The translations under genes and the position numbers were made by a program. From Candidatus Rariloculaceae bacterium (GTDB lineage: Bacteria; Pseudomonadota; Gammaproteobacteria; Steroidobacterales; Rariloculaceae), in contig OZ242031.1 of the NCBI GenBank assembly GCA_965205045.1, forward strand, positions 1,628,044 to 1,692,043: 64,000 nt of DNA, read 5' to 3'. Under the pieces are notes generated by a model that was not told the origin of the DNA, made no database searches, and was given only the letters and a program-made list of their open reading frames with translations. Position 1 is the first letter of the stretch; every line of letters begins with the position of its first letter. Positions 30,969 through 39,990 of the stretch are shown here, piece by piece.

Positions 30969-31193
30969 GCCGTCTCATTGGACCCGGTTCGTTCCGCAGC
31001 TAGCAGTCGTAGGGTTGCGCGATATCAGCCTGTACTGCGTTGAACCGGCGCGGTTGATCGGTCGGTTTAACCCGCACCGGTTCGGCCTCACAACACGAAC
31101 CGTATCCCGCCGCACCCTGCCGGTCCGGTCGCTGAACAATCGACGGTCGGTTTAATCGCGACACGAACTTCTGCACGTCTACAGGTGCCCTGC

Positions 31194-32603
31194 CTAATGA
31201 TCCGGCGGTCCCGGCAGGGCGTATAGATCATCAAGCGAATACCATCCGGGGGTACCCGCCCTGGTGGCCGGTTTGCGACGCGTGAAGTAGCGTCGGCCCA
31301 ACGTGGCCCCGCGAGCGTTCGGATAGCGCGCCGCCTTACGCTCCAGTTCTTCGCTGAGCGCCTGCGCCGAGCCGATGGCGCCCCATTTGCACTCGCCGAG
31401 GTCGGTCCAGTTGTCGTCGCGCAGGCCGACAACATCGATCTGCGTCTCCTTGCTCCAATACTCCCCGATCTCGAAGCCGGCATGCACGCCCTCCTGGGTA
31501 TAGATGAGCGGCAGAGCCTCACGGCAAAGCTGTTCGAAGCAGCCGCCGAAGTACGCTTCGAGGGAAGGGGCGATACGCTCGGCGAATGCCCGGCCGGCGC
31601 CGGCGCTGCGCAGGATGCTGGTATTTGGAAACACGAATCGAAACCAGAATTTCAGCAGCGGATCGTTGATGCGCAAGGCCAGTTGCCTCGGGTTCCGTCG
31701 GCGTTCGTACAGCGGGTAGGACCTCTCGATGTAGCCCAAGCCCACGAGTTGCTGAATGTAATAGTGCAGGTTGCGCTCGGGCAGGCCCGTGGCATCGGCC
31801 ATCGCGCGAACTGTTCGCGCCCCGGAGGCTATGGCGAACAGCATCGCGTGGTAGGGCGCCACTTCGCGCAGTTCCTCGCGGAGCAGGAAAGTCGGCTCAT
31901 GGAAGAGCGGCGCGAACTCGTCGAGCAGGTGTTCGCGGATGTTGGTCGCGATGGAGCGCGTGCCGTCGAGGCACAGCAGGTACTGCGGGACGCCGCCGAC
32001 GAGGAAGTAGGCGCGCGCCTGGTCCGCCACGGACCAGCGCGGATTAAACGCGGCTGCGTCCCGATAGCCGAACGGCCGCAGGTGGATTTGCGCGGTGCGC
32101 CGCCCGAACAGCGGGCTCGTCTTGCCGAGCACGTCGCGCTCCATGAATCCGATGTAGGAGCCGCAGACGAGGAGAACGACGTTTCCGGCCGGTTTCCAGT
32201 TGCGGTCCCAGCAGTGCTGCAACTCGGAAATCAGCCCCGGACTCGCCGCCGCGATCCATTGGAATTCGTCCAGCGCGAGGATGAGCTTGCGACCCGGGTT
32301 GCTGGCGGACCACTGCTCGACGACGGTGACCAGGGCGTGCCGCCAGCCGTCGATGCGGAGATCGGCGAGCAGCGGCAAGTCGAGGGCGCGGGCTGCTTCG
32401 GCGAGAAACTCCCGGACCTGCGGGTCCATGGGCGACTGCTTGCCCAGGTAGTACACTCCCGCCCGCCCGGCCATGAATCGCAGGATGAGTTCGCTCTTGC
32501 CGACGCGGCGGCGTCCGTAGATGGGAATGAACTCCGAACGCGCGGAGTCGAACGCCCGCGCCAATAGACGGAGTTCCTTGCGGCGTCCGATGAAGTCGAC
32601 CAT
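31194..32603 (-). CDS. ATPase of the archaeal-ATPase/DUF234 (DEXX-box) family
   Basis: 469 aa. FIGRRKELRLLARAF...IPIYGRRRVGKSELILRF (Walker A), LILALDEFQW (Walker B) and a C-terminal DUF234-like region. Confidence 0.85.
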   Translation of the reverse strand: MVDFIGRRKELRLLARAFDSARSEFIPIYGRRRVGKSELILRFMAGRAGVYYLGKQSPMDPQVREFLAEAARALDLPLLADLRIDGWRHALVTVVEQWSASNPGRKLILALDEFQWIAAASPGLISELQHCWDRNWKPAGNVVLLVCGSYIGFMERDVLGKTSPLFGRRTAQIHLRPFGYRDAAAFNPRWSVADQARAYFLVGGVPQYLLCLDGTRSIATNIREHLLDEFAPLFHEPTFLLREELREVAPYHAMLFAIASGARTVRAMADATGLPERNLHYYIQQLVGLGYIERSYPLYERRRNPRQLALRINDPLLKFWFRFVFPNTSILRSAGAGRAFAERIAPSLEAYFGGCFEQLCREALPLIYTQEGVHAGFEIGEYWSKETQIDVVGLRDDNWTDLGECKWGAIGSAQALSEELERKAARYPNARGATLGRRYFTRRKPATRAGTPGWYSLDDLYALPGPPDH

Positions 32604-32640
32604 CCGGGAAGCCTAGGCGCAGCGGTGGCTTGTCGTCAAG

Positions 32641-32685
32641 TCTTGTTTAGACAAGTCGTATTTAGACAAGTTGTGTTTAGACAAG
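32641..32685. promoter_or_regulatory. three tandem 15-bp units (consensus tygtrtttagacaag) upstream of the ATPase gene; candidate operator/iterons
   Basis: tcttgtttagacaag / tcgtatttagacaag / ttgtgtttagacaag, with a degenerate fourth unit at 32628-32640. They lie 38-82 bp upstream of the ATPase start at 32603. Units overlap short palindromes (cttgt..acaag). Confidence 0.4.
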
Positions 32686-32737
32686 TCCTGCGATGGTCTG
32701 CGCAGGGAACGCCGCTCCAACCCGAAGTGCAGACATC

Positions 32738-32943
32738 TGGCCAGAATTCGGGACCGGCGCTTCGCCTTTCAATGCCGGCGGTTCAAGCGGGAATTGCAAC
32801 GCGATATTTCCCGCAAAACTCTGCGTTTTTCCCAGAAACTGACCGTTGACGGGCATTTCCCGGCAACATTAGGCTTTGCGACATGAATAATGGACGACTC
32901 GACCGCGCCCTGCAGCTGGCGATTCTCGCCGCGCTTGGCGGCC
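32738..32943 (+). repeat. copy B of the duplicated leader + small-ORF 5' module
   Basis: Aligns with 30401-30605 (see copy A). Confidence 0.8.
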
Positions 32944-33089
32944 CGTACTGGCAAATGTTCTGCATGAACGAACGGTTGTCCGGCGACATCGCGGAGTTGA
33001 GCGAACGGCTGGGCCGTGTCGAGACTCATCTTGAATACCTTGTGGTGCGCCCTGCCGATCCGGCTCCCGAACAGTCGCCGGGCGACTGA
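32883..33089 (+). CDS. small hypothetical protein (68 aa)
   Basis: MNNGRLDRALQLAILAALGG... shares its N-terminus and leader with the 30545 ORF. Confidence 0.4.
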   Translation: MNNGRLDRALQLAILAALGGPYWQMFCMNERLSGDIAELSERLGRVETHLEYLVVRPADPAPEQSPGD

Positions 33090-33156
33090 ATCGCGAAACT
33101 GGCATCGATAACGGTAGTAATGCATACTAACACTAAGAAAGTTAGTGTGCATTGTG

Positions 33157-34164
33157 ATGTTAGAAAAAGGGCGCGACATATCCGAACCGTCCTTCGCCGA
33201 GGCGCTGGAACGCTATCTCGGGGCCACGCTTCACGATCCCGTCCGGGTGAAGCCGCTCGGGCAAGCGCCAGGCCTCCCGGCCTTTTTGGACCGGATGTAC
33301 AGGCTTGGCGAAGGCCGCGTGGCGGGAAGGCGATGCGTTTTCCTGGCTACCGGGGACAACGCCGCCACGCCCGCTGACATTGAAAAACACGTCGCCCTGG
33401 TTCGCTCCGCGGTTGACGCGGTTGTCGTTTTCGTCGCCACTTCGCTGAGCTCGTACAACCGCGCGCGCCTCATAGGCCGGGCCGTTCCCTTCGTGGTGCC
33501 GGGCGCGCAGCTCTACATCCCAGAACTCGCCATGGACCTGCGCGAGCGTTTCCGCACTCGCGAACTGCGGCGTGGAAGCGGCCTGTCGCCGGCCGCGCAG
33601 GCCGTGCTGTTCCATCGCCTCCTGAGAATTGACGAAGCCGCGACCACGCCGTCCCTTATCGCCGCCAGGCTGCGCTATTCGGCCATGTCGATCGGTCGCG
33701 CTTTCGATGGCTTGGTCGAGGCCGGTCTCGCACGTGCCGAAAAGCGCGGCAAGCAGAGGCATATCCGGTTCAAGGACGAAGGGCGGCGACTGTTCGATGC
33801 GGCACGCGATCTGTTGCGCAGCCCGGTCCGAGCCGAAAAGTTCGTCGGCGACGGTGGCGTCACAGGGCCGTTGAAACACGCGGGCGAGAGCGCACTCGCC
33901 GAGTTGACCCACCTGTCCCCGCCGCCGCTGAACACTTTCGCCGTCGCGGCCAGCGACTGGAAGAAGCTGGCGCGGACTTGCGGGCTCGTCGAAACCGGCA
34001 GGGACCAAGCCACCCAAGTGGTCGAAACATGGGCTTACGACCCTGCAGGCCTGTCCGACGCGCGCACCGCGGATCCCCTGTCGCTCTATGCGCAATTCCA
34101 GGACCACGGCGATGAGCGCGTTTCCATGGCAGCCGAGCGATTGTTGAAGGCAGTGGCGTGGTAA
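33157..34164 (+). CDS. wHTH protein, putative AbiEi-like antitoxin/regulator
   Basis: Start at ATG 33157. The central segment AAQAVLFHRLLRIDEAATTPSLIAARLRYSAMSIGRAFDGLVEAGLA looks like a winged helix. Its 3' end overlaps the NTase gene by 7 nt. Confidence 0.55.
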   Translation: MLEKGRDISEPSFAEALERYLGATLHDPVRVKPLGQAPGLPAFLDRMYRLGEGRVAGRRCVFLATGDNAATPADIEKHVALVRSAVDAVVVFVATSLSSYNRARLIGRAVPFVVPGAQLYIPELAMDLRERFRTRELRRGSGLSPAAQAVLFHRLLRIDEAATTPSLIAARLRYSAMSIGRAFDGLVEAGLARAEKRGKQRHIRFKDEGRRLFDAARDLLRSPVRAEKFVGDGGVTGPLKHAGESALAELTHLSPPPLNTFAVAASDWKKLARTCGLVETGRDQATQVVETWAYDPAGLSDARTADPLSLYAQFQDHGDERVSMAAERLLKAVAW

Positions 34165-34913
34165 CCGGAATCGAGAAATTCCGCGAATATTTCGCGGCGC
34201 ACGAGGATCGATACGCAATCATCGGCGGTACCGCTTGCGATCTGCTATTCGATGCGGCAGGTCTCCATTTCAGAGCGACCAGGGATATCGACATGGTGCT
34301 TTGCGTCGAGGTGGTCGATACGCCATTCGCAAGGGCGTTCGAAGGGTTTGTCGATGCGGGTGGATACCAAGCCCGCGAGCGGAGCGCCGGGGTGAAGGAA
34401 TTCTATCGCTTCCACCGCCCTACCGACCCGGCTTTCCCATTCATGCTAGAGATCTTTTCACGCAAACCGGAAACGCTTGAACTTCCCGAAGACACCACGC
34501 TGACACCCATTCCTGTGGAAGAGGACATCATCAGTCTATCCGCGATTGTGCTGGACGAGAGCTATTTTCAGGCACTGCAGGCCGCAAGGCGACAGGTTGA
34601 GGGCGTTACGATTATCGACGAGACGCTGCTGATTCCATTCAAGGCCCGTGCGTTTCTCGACTTGGCCGCTCGCTCGGAAGCTGGCGAGAGAGTGAACAGC
34701 AAGGACATAAGAAAACACCGCAACGATGTATTTCGGCTTGCGCAGCTTCTGACCCGGGATGCGAGAATCGAAATGCCGGACCCCATAAGCGAGGATCTGC
34801 GGCGCTTTCTCAATCTGACTCAAGCCGACGCAAGTTTGAACCCCAAGGCGTTCGACGTACCGTTCACCCGGGACGAGGTGGGCACGCTGCTCCGCTCGGC
34901 GTATGGGCTGTAA
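34158..34913 (+). CDS. nucleotidyltransferase-fold protein (AbiEii-like)
   Basis: 251 aa. The motif IIGGTACDLLFDAAGLHFRATRDIDMVL fits the hG[GS]x9-13DxD signature of minimal NTases. Confidence 0.65.
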   Translation: MVTGIEKFREYFAAHEDRYAIIGGTACDLLFDAAGLHFRATRDIDMVLCVEVVDTPFARAFEGFVDAGGYQARERSAGVKEFYRFHRPTDPAFPFMLEIFSRKPETLELPEDTTLTPIPVEEDIISLSAIVLDESYFQALQAARRQVEGVTIIDETLLIPFKARAFLDLAARSEAGERVNSKDIRKHRNDVFRLAQLLTRDARIEMPDPISEDLRRFLNLTQADASLNPKAFDVPFTRDEVGTLLRSAYGL

Positions 34914-34971
34914 AATTAGCCGCTCATTGGCGCATAACACAGACCGTGCCGCATGGTAAGGGAATCATCCG

Positions 34972-35670
34972 ATGACGTCGCAGAAAGAGCGCCGCTCCTT
35001 GAACGCCCTGCCGCCGGGCACGGTGCTGCACGACTACGTCATAGACTCGGAACTGGGCAGCGGCGGCTTCAGCATTGTGTATCTGGCGCGCCACCGCCTC
35101 AACATCGACTGGCTGTTCGCCATCAAGGAATACTTCCCGCGGGAACTGGTGGCGCGGGACGGCGACGATGGCAACGTGCGTCCCGTCAACACGGAGGCCG
35201 ACGGGGCGTTCGAGGACGGATTGAGGCGCTTCCGGGACGAGGCGGAGCAACTGCGGCGGTTCCGCAATGAGCGTTACATCGTCTCCTGCCTGAACTACTT
35301 CGAGGCCAACAGCACGGCGTACCTTGTGATGGATCATGACGACGGGTTGCCGCTGTCGGAATTCCTGCGAAGGCGGGAGGCCGCCGGGCAGCCGTTCACC
35401 GAGGCCGACCTGCGCGCCGTGGTCGAGCCGCTCCTGGAAGGGCTGGAGGTCGTTCACCGGGCCGGCGTCCTGCACCGGGACATCAAGCCGGGGAACATCT
35501 TCGTGCGCCGGCCGGACGACATCACCGGGCGGCCCGCGCAGCCGGTGCTGATCGACTTCGGGGCGGCGAAGCAGAACTACCTGGCGCGGCACAGCCGTTC
35601 GCAGGCGCCGTACACGCCGGGGTACGCGGCGTATGAGCAGGTGTCGTCGATGGGCGAGCTGGGTCCTTGA
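34972..35670 (+). pseudogene. Ser/Thr protein kinase paralogue A, truncated after the kinase domain
   Basis: GSGGFSIVYLARH (G-loop), AIKE (Lys), HRDIKPGNIF, IDFGAAK, PGYAAYEQ. It ends at ...SSMGELGP*, where paralogues continue WTDVYALGALMW. Homology is lost at about 35665. Confidence 0.8.
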
Positions 35671-35910
35671 GGTAGGGAAGCGCGATAGCAGCCTGAACAC
35701 CCGCGAAATGGCGCTCCCAGTCTCCGCCGACCAACGCCTCGATCATGCCTTCAAGTGCTGTTTCTGCTACCGATACCGAAAGTTGCCGACGGGCGGGTCA
35801 CCTCATTGGCCGCCCGGTGAACCCCCGCACCCCGTGACCACAGGATTACCGGAAGCAGTACGATCACCACGAGCATAAGGGAGCACCGGAACCGCTTCTA
35901 AGCTCCTGAT

Positions 35911-35940
35911 TTCCTTCTAGTTCCTTCTAGTTCCTTCTAG
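35911..35940. repeat. 10-bp tandem repeat ttccttctag x3 at the edge of an AT-rich tract
   Basis: Read directly. Followed by AT-rich sequence 35941-36110. Confidence 0.9.
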
Positions 35941-36134
35941 AAGATGCAATATATAATGCAACTTATGGATATATAAAGAGATATATGATGTATAGTCATC
36001 ACTTGACTTGCGTTGATACAGGCTCTACGTTTTGCGCTGATTTTCCTATTAACTCATTGATTTATATGAAAAAACTTACTGACTCGTGATATAACTGCGT
36101 TAGCACCCTTTTGCGACCAATAGGATGTGTGACG

Positions 36135-36653
36135 ATGGCAACGAAAAAGTCCGCTAAGGTTCGCGGTTCGAAACAAGACAGGCAGCTTCAAGCTCTCCGA
36201 AAACGGTATTGGGGCTCTATCCCTGATTCCGAGGTGTGGTCTCGACACCACCCTACGGTGGGTTTCACGACAATCCCACGTGGACTGAGCCACGTTATGC
36301 GAATTATGGATGACGCATCCAAAGGCAAACCGCTTTCGTCCACGTATTTCACCCTCTGGTGTTGGGCGCGCGATGCCCAGGTGGTCAATGTGGTTAACGC
36401 ATACGAACTGGCGCTCGAATCTGGATTTACTGGCCAACGAGCGGAATCCACATGGCGGCAGCGCATGCGACTATTGGAAGAATTCGGTTTCATTCGGATC
36501 GAAGAAGGACGATATGGCCCTATCTCCCACGTCTTGATTCTGCATCCCTATCTTGCAGTAAAGCGCCTGTCCGCCGCCGGTCGTGTTCAAACTATTCGAT
36601 ACAACGCCTTGGCGGAACGTCTCGGTGACGTAGGCGTCAATGACCTAGATTGA
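36135..36653 (+). CDS. hypothetical protein (possible DNA-binding protein)
   Basis: ORF 36111..36653, likely starting at ATG 36135 (MATKKSAKVRG...). Lower GC than core genes. No motif recognised. Confidence 0.45.
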   Translation: MATKKSAKVRGSKQDRQLQALRKRYWGSIPDSEVWSRHHPTVGFTTIPRGLSHVMRIMDDASKGKPLSSTYFTLWCWARDAQVVNVVNAYELALESGFTGQRAESTWRQRMRLLEEFGFIRIEEGRYGPISHVLILHPYLAVKRLSAAGRVQTIRYNALAERLGDVGVNDLD

Positions 36654-36691
36654 GGAGAGGGTTTGCGCGCTAAGAGGAATCGATCGGAAAA

Positions 36692-36804
36692 TGCGACGTA
36701 GCTCAATAGGATAGAGCGCCCCGTGCGCTTTGGAACTGAACAGGTGGGTACAGTTCAGGATACCGGCGGGGAGGTTACAGGTTCAAGTCCCGTCGTCGCA
36801 TCCA
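36692..36804 (+). tRNA. tRNA-like gene with canonical acceptor, D and T arms but a 43-nt anticodon region (aberrant or interrupted tRNA)
   Basis: Acceptor TGCGACG/CGTCGCA (7 bp). U8, D arm GCTC-AATAGGATA-GAGC (A14, G18G19). Stem CCCCG...CGGGG. T arm ACAGG-TTCAAGT-CCCGT. T73 and an encoded CCA. 43 nt (36724-36766) lie between the anticodon-stem halves instead of 7, including the hairpin CTGAAC/GTTCAG. Confidence 0.5.
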
Positions 36805-37022
36805 TCTCATCCTCCAACATCGAGTTTGATCGAATGGCAGAGGTTAATCGTCGAGTGCGAAACTCGCACGGTGTCGCTGCTGTGCGGGTTGTTCTGTTCG
36901 CTGGGATGGTCGAGTGCGTGGCGGCGGCCACGCACAAGTACCTACCTTGAGCTGCCGGATAGCCCCTGGCCCGGCACAAGTGTGCTGGTTCCTCCGCTGA
37001 TGGAGCTAGTGAGGAAGCCATC

Positions 37023-37992
37023 ATGACAACCTATTATTCGGATCGCGAATTCGGGCCGAAACCCGCAGTGGAAGATGCCATCGACGGAGTCGTATGGCAG
37101 GCAATCCTGTCGCTGATCGTTACCCGGGTAAACGATGGATCCTTGGCCCATGGTTTCCCGTCGCACTGTCCAGACGGGAACGCAATCGAAGGCACGGACC
37201 ATCACGCCATGTGGAACGTCATTCGAGCAGAGATTGGAGAGCTTGCCGGTGAGGAGGTTGAAGGGTGGGGTACATTCACCTACATGACGCAGTCAGCCGA
37301 AGACTTGCCGAACACGCCTGCCATACTGGATTTCATCGAATTCGTCGCACGGCATGTAGCGCAACCAACCAGGGGGTCGTTGGCACGACTCTTTCAGTCA
37401 TCATCATCTGGAACTTGACAGAGAAGAAGGGCTGCGGAAATTCGTTGAAGACGTCAATCGCATCTGCTCCCGAAGTGGCCTCGCGTACAAGCTGACCCCT
37501 ACCGGCATCATGGAAAGAACAGTGCCCGCGCCGATGGCCGAGCGATTCAAGCGGGCGGAGTTCCGTACCGGGGATCAAGATCTCAACGATCTTCTCGACA
37601 CCGCCATCGAACGGTTTCTGTTGCCAACGCCGGAAGCAAGGCAGGACGCGCTGGAGAAGCTCTGGGATGCCTTCGAGCGTCTCAAGACAATCGAAGCTCC
37701 GGGAGACAAGCAAAGGGGAGCCACAATCCTGATCAATAAAGCAATCGCCGCTGACGCCACGGTTTTTCGTTCGGCGATCACGAATGAATTCCGGGCCATG
37801 ACGAAAATCGGCAACAAGCTGCGTATCAGGCATTCGGAAGTCGGGCAAGAGCCGGTGGGAAACAATGGAGAGAAGGACTATCTGTTCATGCGGCTTTTCT
37901 CGCTGATCTGGCTCATGTTGAAGGGAACGGGGAGGCTCTCGGAGGCTCGGAATGTCGATGCGGGCGCTGAAGATGAAGAACTGCCATTCTGA
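37023..37992 (+). pseudogene. AbiJ-NTD4-like protein gene, split by a frameshift at a G5 run
   Basis: Frame 0 (37023..37418) and frame 1 (open from 37360, ...RWHDSFSHHHLELDREEGLRKFVEDVNRICSRSGLAYKLTPTGIMER... to 37992) overlap around aggggg (37371-37376). A 1-nt change there gives one roughly 320-aa protein. The motif ALEKLWDAFERLKT is recalled from AbiJ-NTD4-type proteins. Confidence 0.55.
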
Positions 37993-38041
37993 CCCCTTCG
38001 CTGACAGTGCCGCTTGACCTGTGAAAGTCAATCATGATGTA

Positions 38042-39823
38042 TCAGAGGGAGTTCTGGATCCGGGCATACAGTTCAAGGCTGAGCTGTTGCGCCTCGGCAA
38101 GTTGCGTCTCGGATAGGCTCCGGGCGATTTCATTCCGGAGGGCGACGGCATTCGGCTGGCCATCCACGCTGGCCAGACTCGCCCATGCGTAGGCTTGGCC
38201 GTTGTCCAGAGGAACGCCCTCGCCATTTGCGTACATGCGGCCCAAATTCATCTGAGCGTCGGGGATACCTTGTTCGGCAGCATGGGTGTACCACTGGAGA
38301 GCTTGAGCATAGTTTTGTGGCACTCCTTCGCCACCGTAGTACATGTAACCCAACATAGACTGCGAGCGGGCATGTCCTTGTTCGGCGGCCCTGGTGAACA
38401 TATCTGCGGCCCGGGCCTTGTCCTCGGGGCCGCCGTCGCCTTCGTAGTCCATGACGCCCAATGCAAACAGTACGTCGGCGACCTCGGCCTCATTGTCTGG
38501 AACGCTCTCGACATTCTCAAGCGTGACGTCCGATCTGTTCGGCGTGGAGAGTTGGCTTTGTTGCCCGTATTGTATGTACCAGACAATGCTCGCCAGCAAT
38601 ACGGCGGCGCACGACCAATATGCAAAGTGGCGACCGGTCAACAAAGGGGAAGCCAATCCGTTTTGTCGCGCACTACGTGTTCCGCCCTCATCTGATGCGC
38701 GCTCGTTCGGTGAATCAGATGCATCCCCGTTTTTTGTAGCGGGCAGATCGTTTGCGCGTCTCGGGCGTGCCGCTGGCGAATTCAAGTATTGCTTTGACAA
38801 AGGCGGGGCCGATGTTCGTAGCGTGTTGAGCAAGCTGAGCAACTCCTCGCAACTTTGCGTACGGTCGTCGGGATACAAGCTCAGACAATGGTCGATGGTT
38901 TTGAGCAGACGCGGCGAATACCGGCTCGCGCCCAACTCCGCCGCCGGAATCATCGGGTCCGCTTTGCCTCGGTGCAGCGCGTAGCCGCGCTTCTCCGCCG
39001 CTCGAGGGGTCGGGCTCCAAACCGGTTCACCCGTAGACTTATCCGATACAAGCAGCTTGGAATCGCCGGGACAGCCGCCGGCCACCATCCTCCACATCAG
39101 CGCGCCCAATGCATACACATCAGTCCACGGGCCGATATCGCCCATCGACGACACCTGTTCGAATGCCGCATACCCCGGCGTATACGGCGCCCGCGAACGA
39201 CTGTGCCGCTCCAGGTAGTTCTGCTTCGCCGCCCCGAAGTCTATCAACACCGGATGTGCTGGCCGTCCTGTAATGTCGTCCTGCCGACGAACGAATATGT
39301 TCCCCGGCTTGATGTCGCGGTGCAGAACGCCGGCCAAATGCACGACCGCCAACCCTTCCAGCAACGGCTCGACCACGGCCAGCAGGTCGGCTTCCGTGAA
39401 CGGTTGGCCCGCAGCTTCCCGGAGCCGAAGGAACTCCGACAACGGCAATCCGTCGTCGTAGTCCATGACCAGGTACGCGGTGTTGTTTTCCTCGAAATAG
39501 TTGAGGCAGGAGACGATGTAGCGCTCGTTCCTGAATTTTCGCAGTTGCTCCGCCTCGTCCCTGAAACGCCGCAGGCCGTCCTCGAAGGCGCTTCGAGCCA
39601 CGGTGTTAAGCGGACGCACGCCGGTTCCGTCGCGTGCTCTCGCGGCCAATTCGGCCGGGAGATGTTCCTTGATGGCGTACAGCCAGTCCGATTTGAGGTG
39701 GTGGCGCGCCAGGTAAACGATGCTAAACCCGCCGCTGCCCAGCTCCGACTCGATCACGTGGTCGCGCAGCACCGTGCCGGGCGGCAGGGCGTTCAGGGAT
39801 TGGGAGACGCTTCTCGACGGCAT
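38042..39823 (-). CDS. Ser/Thr protein kinase paralogue B: kinase + TM + Sel1 repeats
   Basis: Track ORF 38042..39913; start set at ATG 39823 (MPSRSVSQSLNALPPG), which aligns with paralogue starts. Kinase motifs are as in A. TM is YWSCAAVLLASIVWYI. C-terminal Sel1-like repeats include AAEQGHARSQSMLGYMYYGGEGVPQNYAQA. Confidence 0.9.
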   Translation of the reverse strand: MPSRSVSQSLNALPPGTVLRDHVIESELGSGGFSIVYLARHHLKSDWLYAIKEHLPAELAARARDGTGVRPLNTVARSAFEDGLRRFRDEAEQLRKFRNERYIVSCLNYFEENNTAYLVMDYDDGLPLSEFLRLREAAGQPFTEADLLAVVEPLLEGLAVVHLAGVLHRDIKPGNIFVRRQDDITGRPAHPVLIDFGAAKQNYLERHSRSRAPYTPGYAAFEQVSSMGDIGPWTDVYALGALMWRMVAGGCPGDSKLLVSDKSTGEPVWSPTPRAAEKRGYALHRGKADPMIPAAELGASRYSPRLLKTIDHCLSLYPDDRTQSCEELLSLLNTLRTSAPPLSKQYLNSPAARPRRANDLPATKNGDASDSPNERASDEGGTRSARQNGLASPLLTGRHFAYWSCAAVLLASIVWYIQYGQQSQLSTPNRSDVTLENVESVPDNEAEVADVLFALGVMDYEGDGGPEDKARAADMFTRAAEQGHARSQSMLGYMYYGGEGVPQNYAQALQWYTHAAEQGIPDAQMNLGRMYANGEGVPLDNGQAYAWASLASVDGQPNAVALRNEIARSLSETQLAEAQQLSLELYARIQNSL

Positions 39824-39990
39824 CCTGCCCGTTTTCCATGCGGCGGCGATGGCCGGATCATACGTCCGACGGGAATTCCGGCGGTCGCCGACGCCAAATC
39901 TCGGCAATTTCACAAGATTTGCCGATATTCCGCCCGCTTGGGAAGGCTTACCGTACCCCTTGGATACACACGACGGGGCGACGACCGCCG

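Noticed and set aside
37381-37396. TGGCAC-N5-TTTCA, resembling a sigma-54 -24/-12 promoter.
   Set aside because: It lies inside the AbiJ-like coding sequence with no downstream gene start. A single near-match is expected by chance in 64 kb.
39824-39913. N-terminal extensions of the minus-strand kinase ORFs (MKLPRFGVGDRRNSRRTY.PAI.AAWKT.R...), conserved in B, C, D and F.
   Set aside because: Conservation is at nucleotide level across the shared promoter region. The plus-strand subfamily starts (MTSQ.../MRSQ...) align with the internal MPSRS Met, so the extension is more likely 5' UTR. This is not fully excluded and needs start-site mapping.
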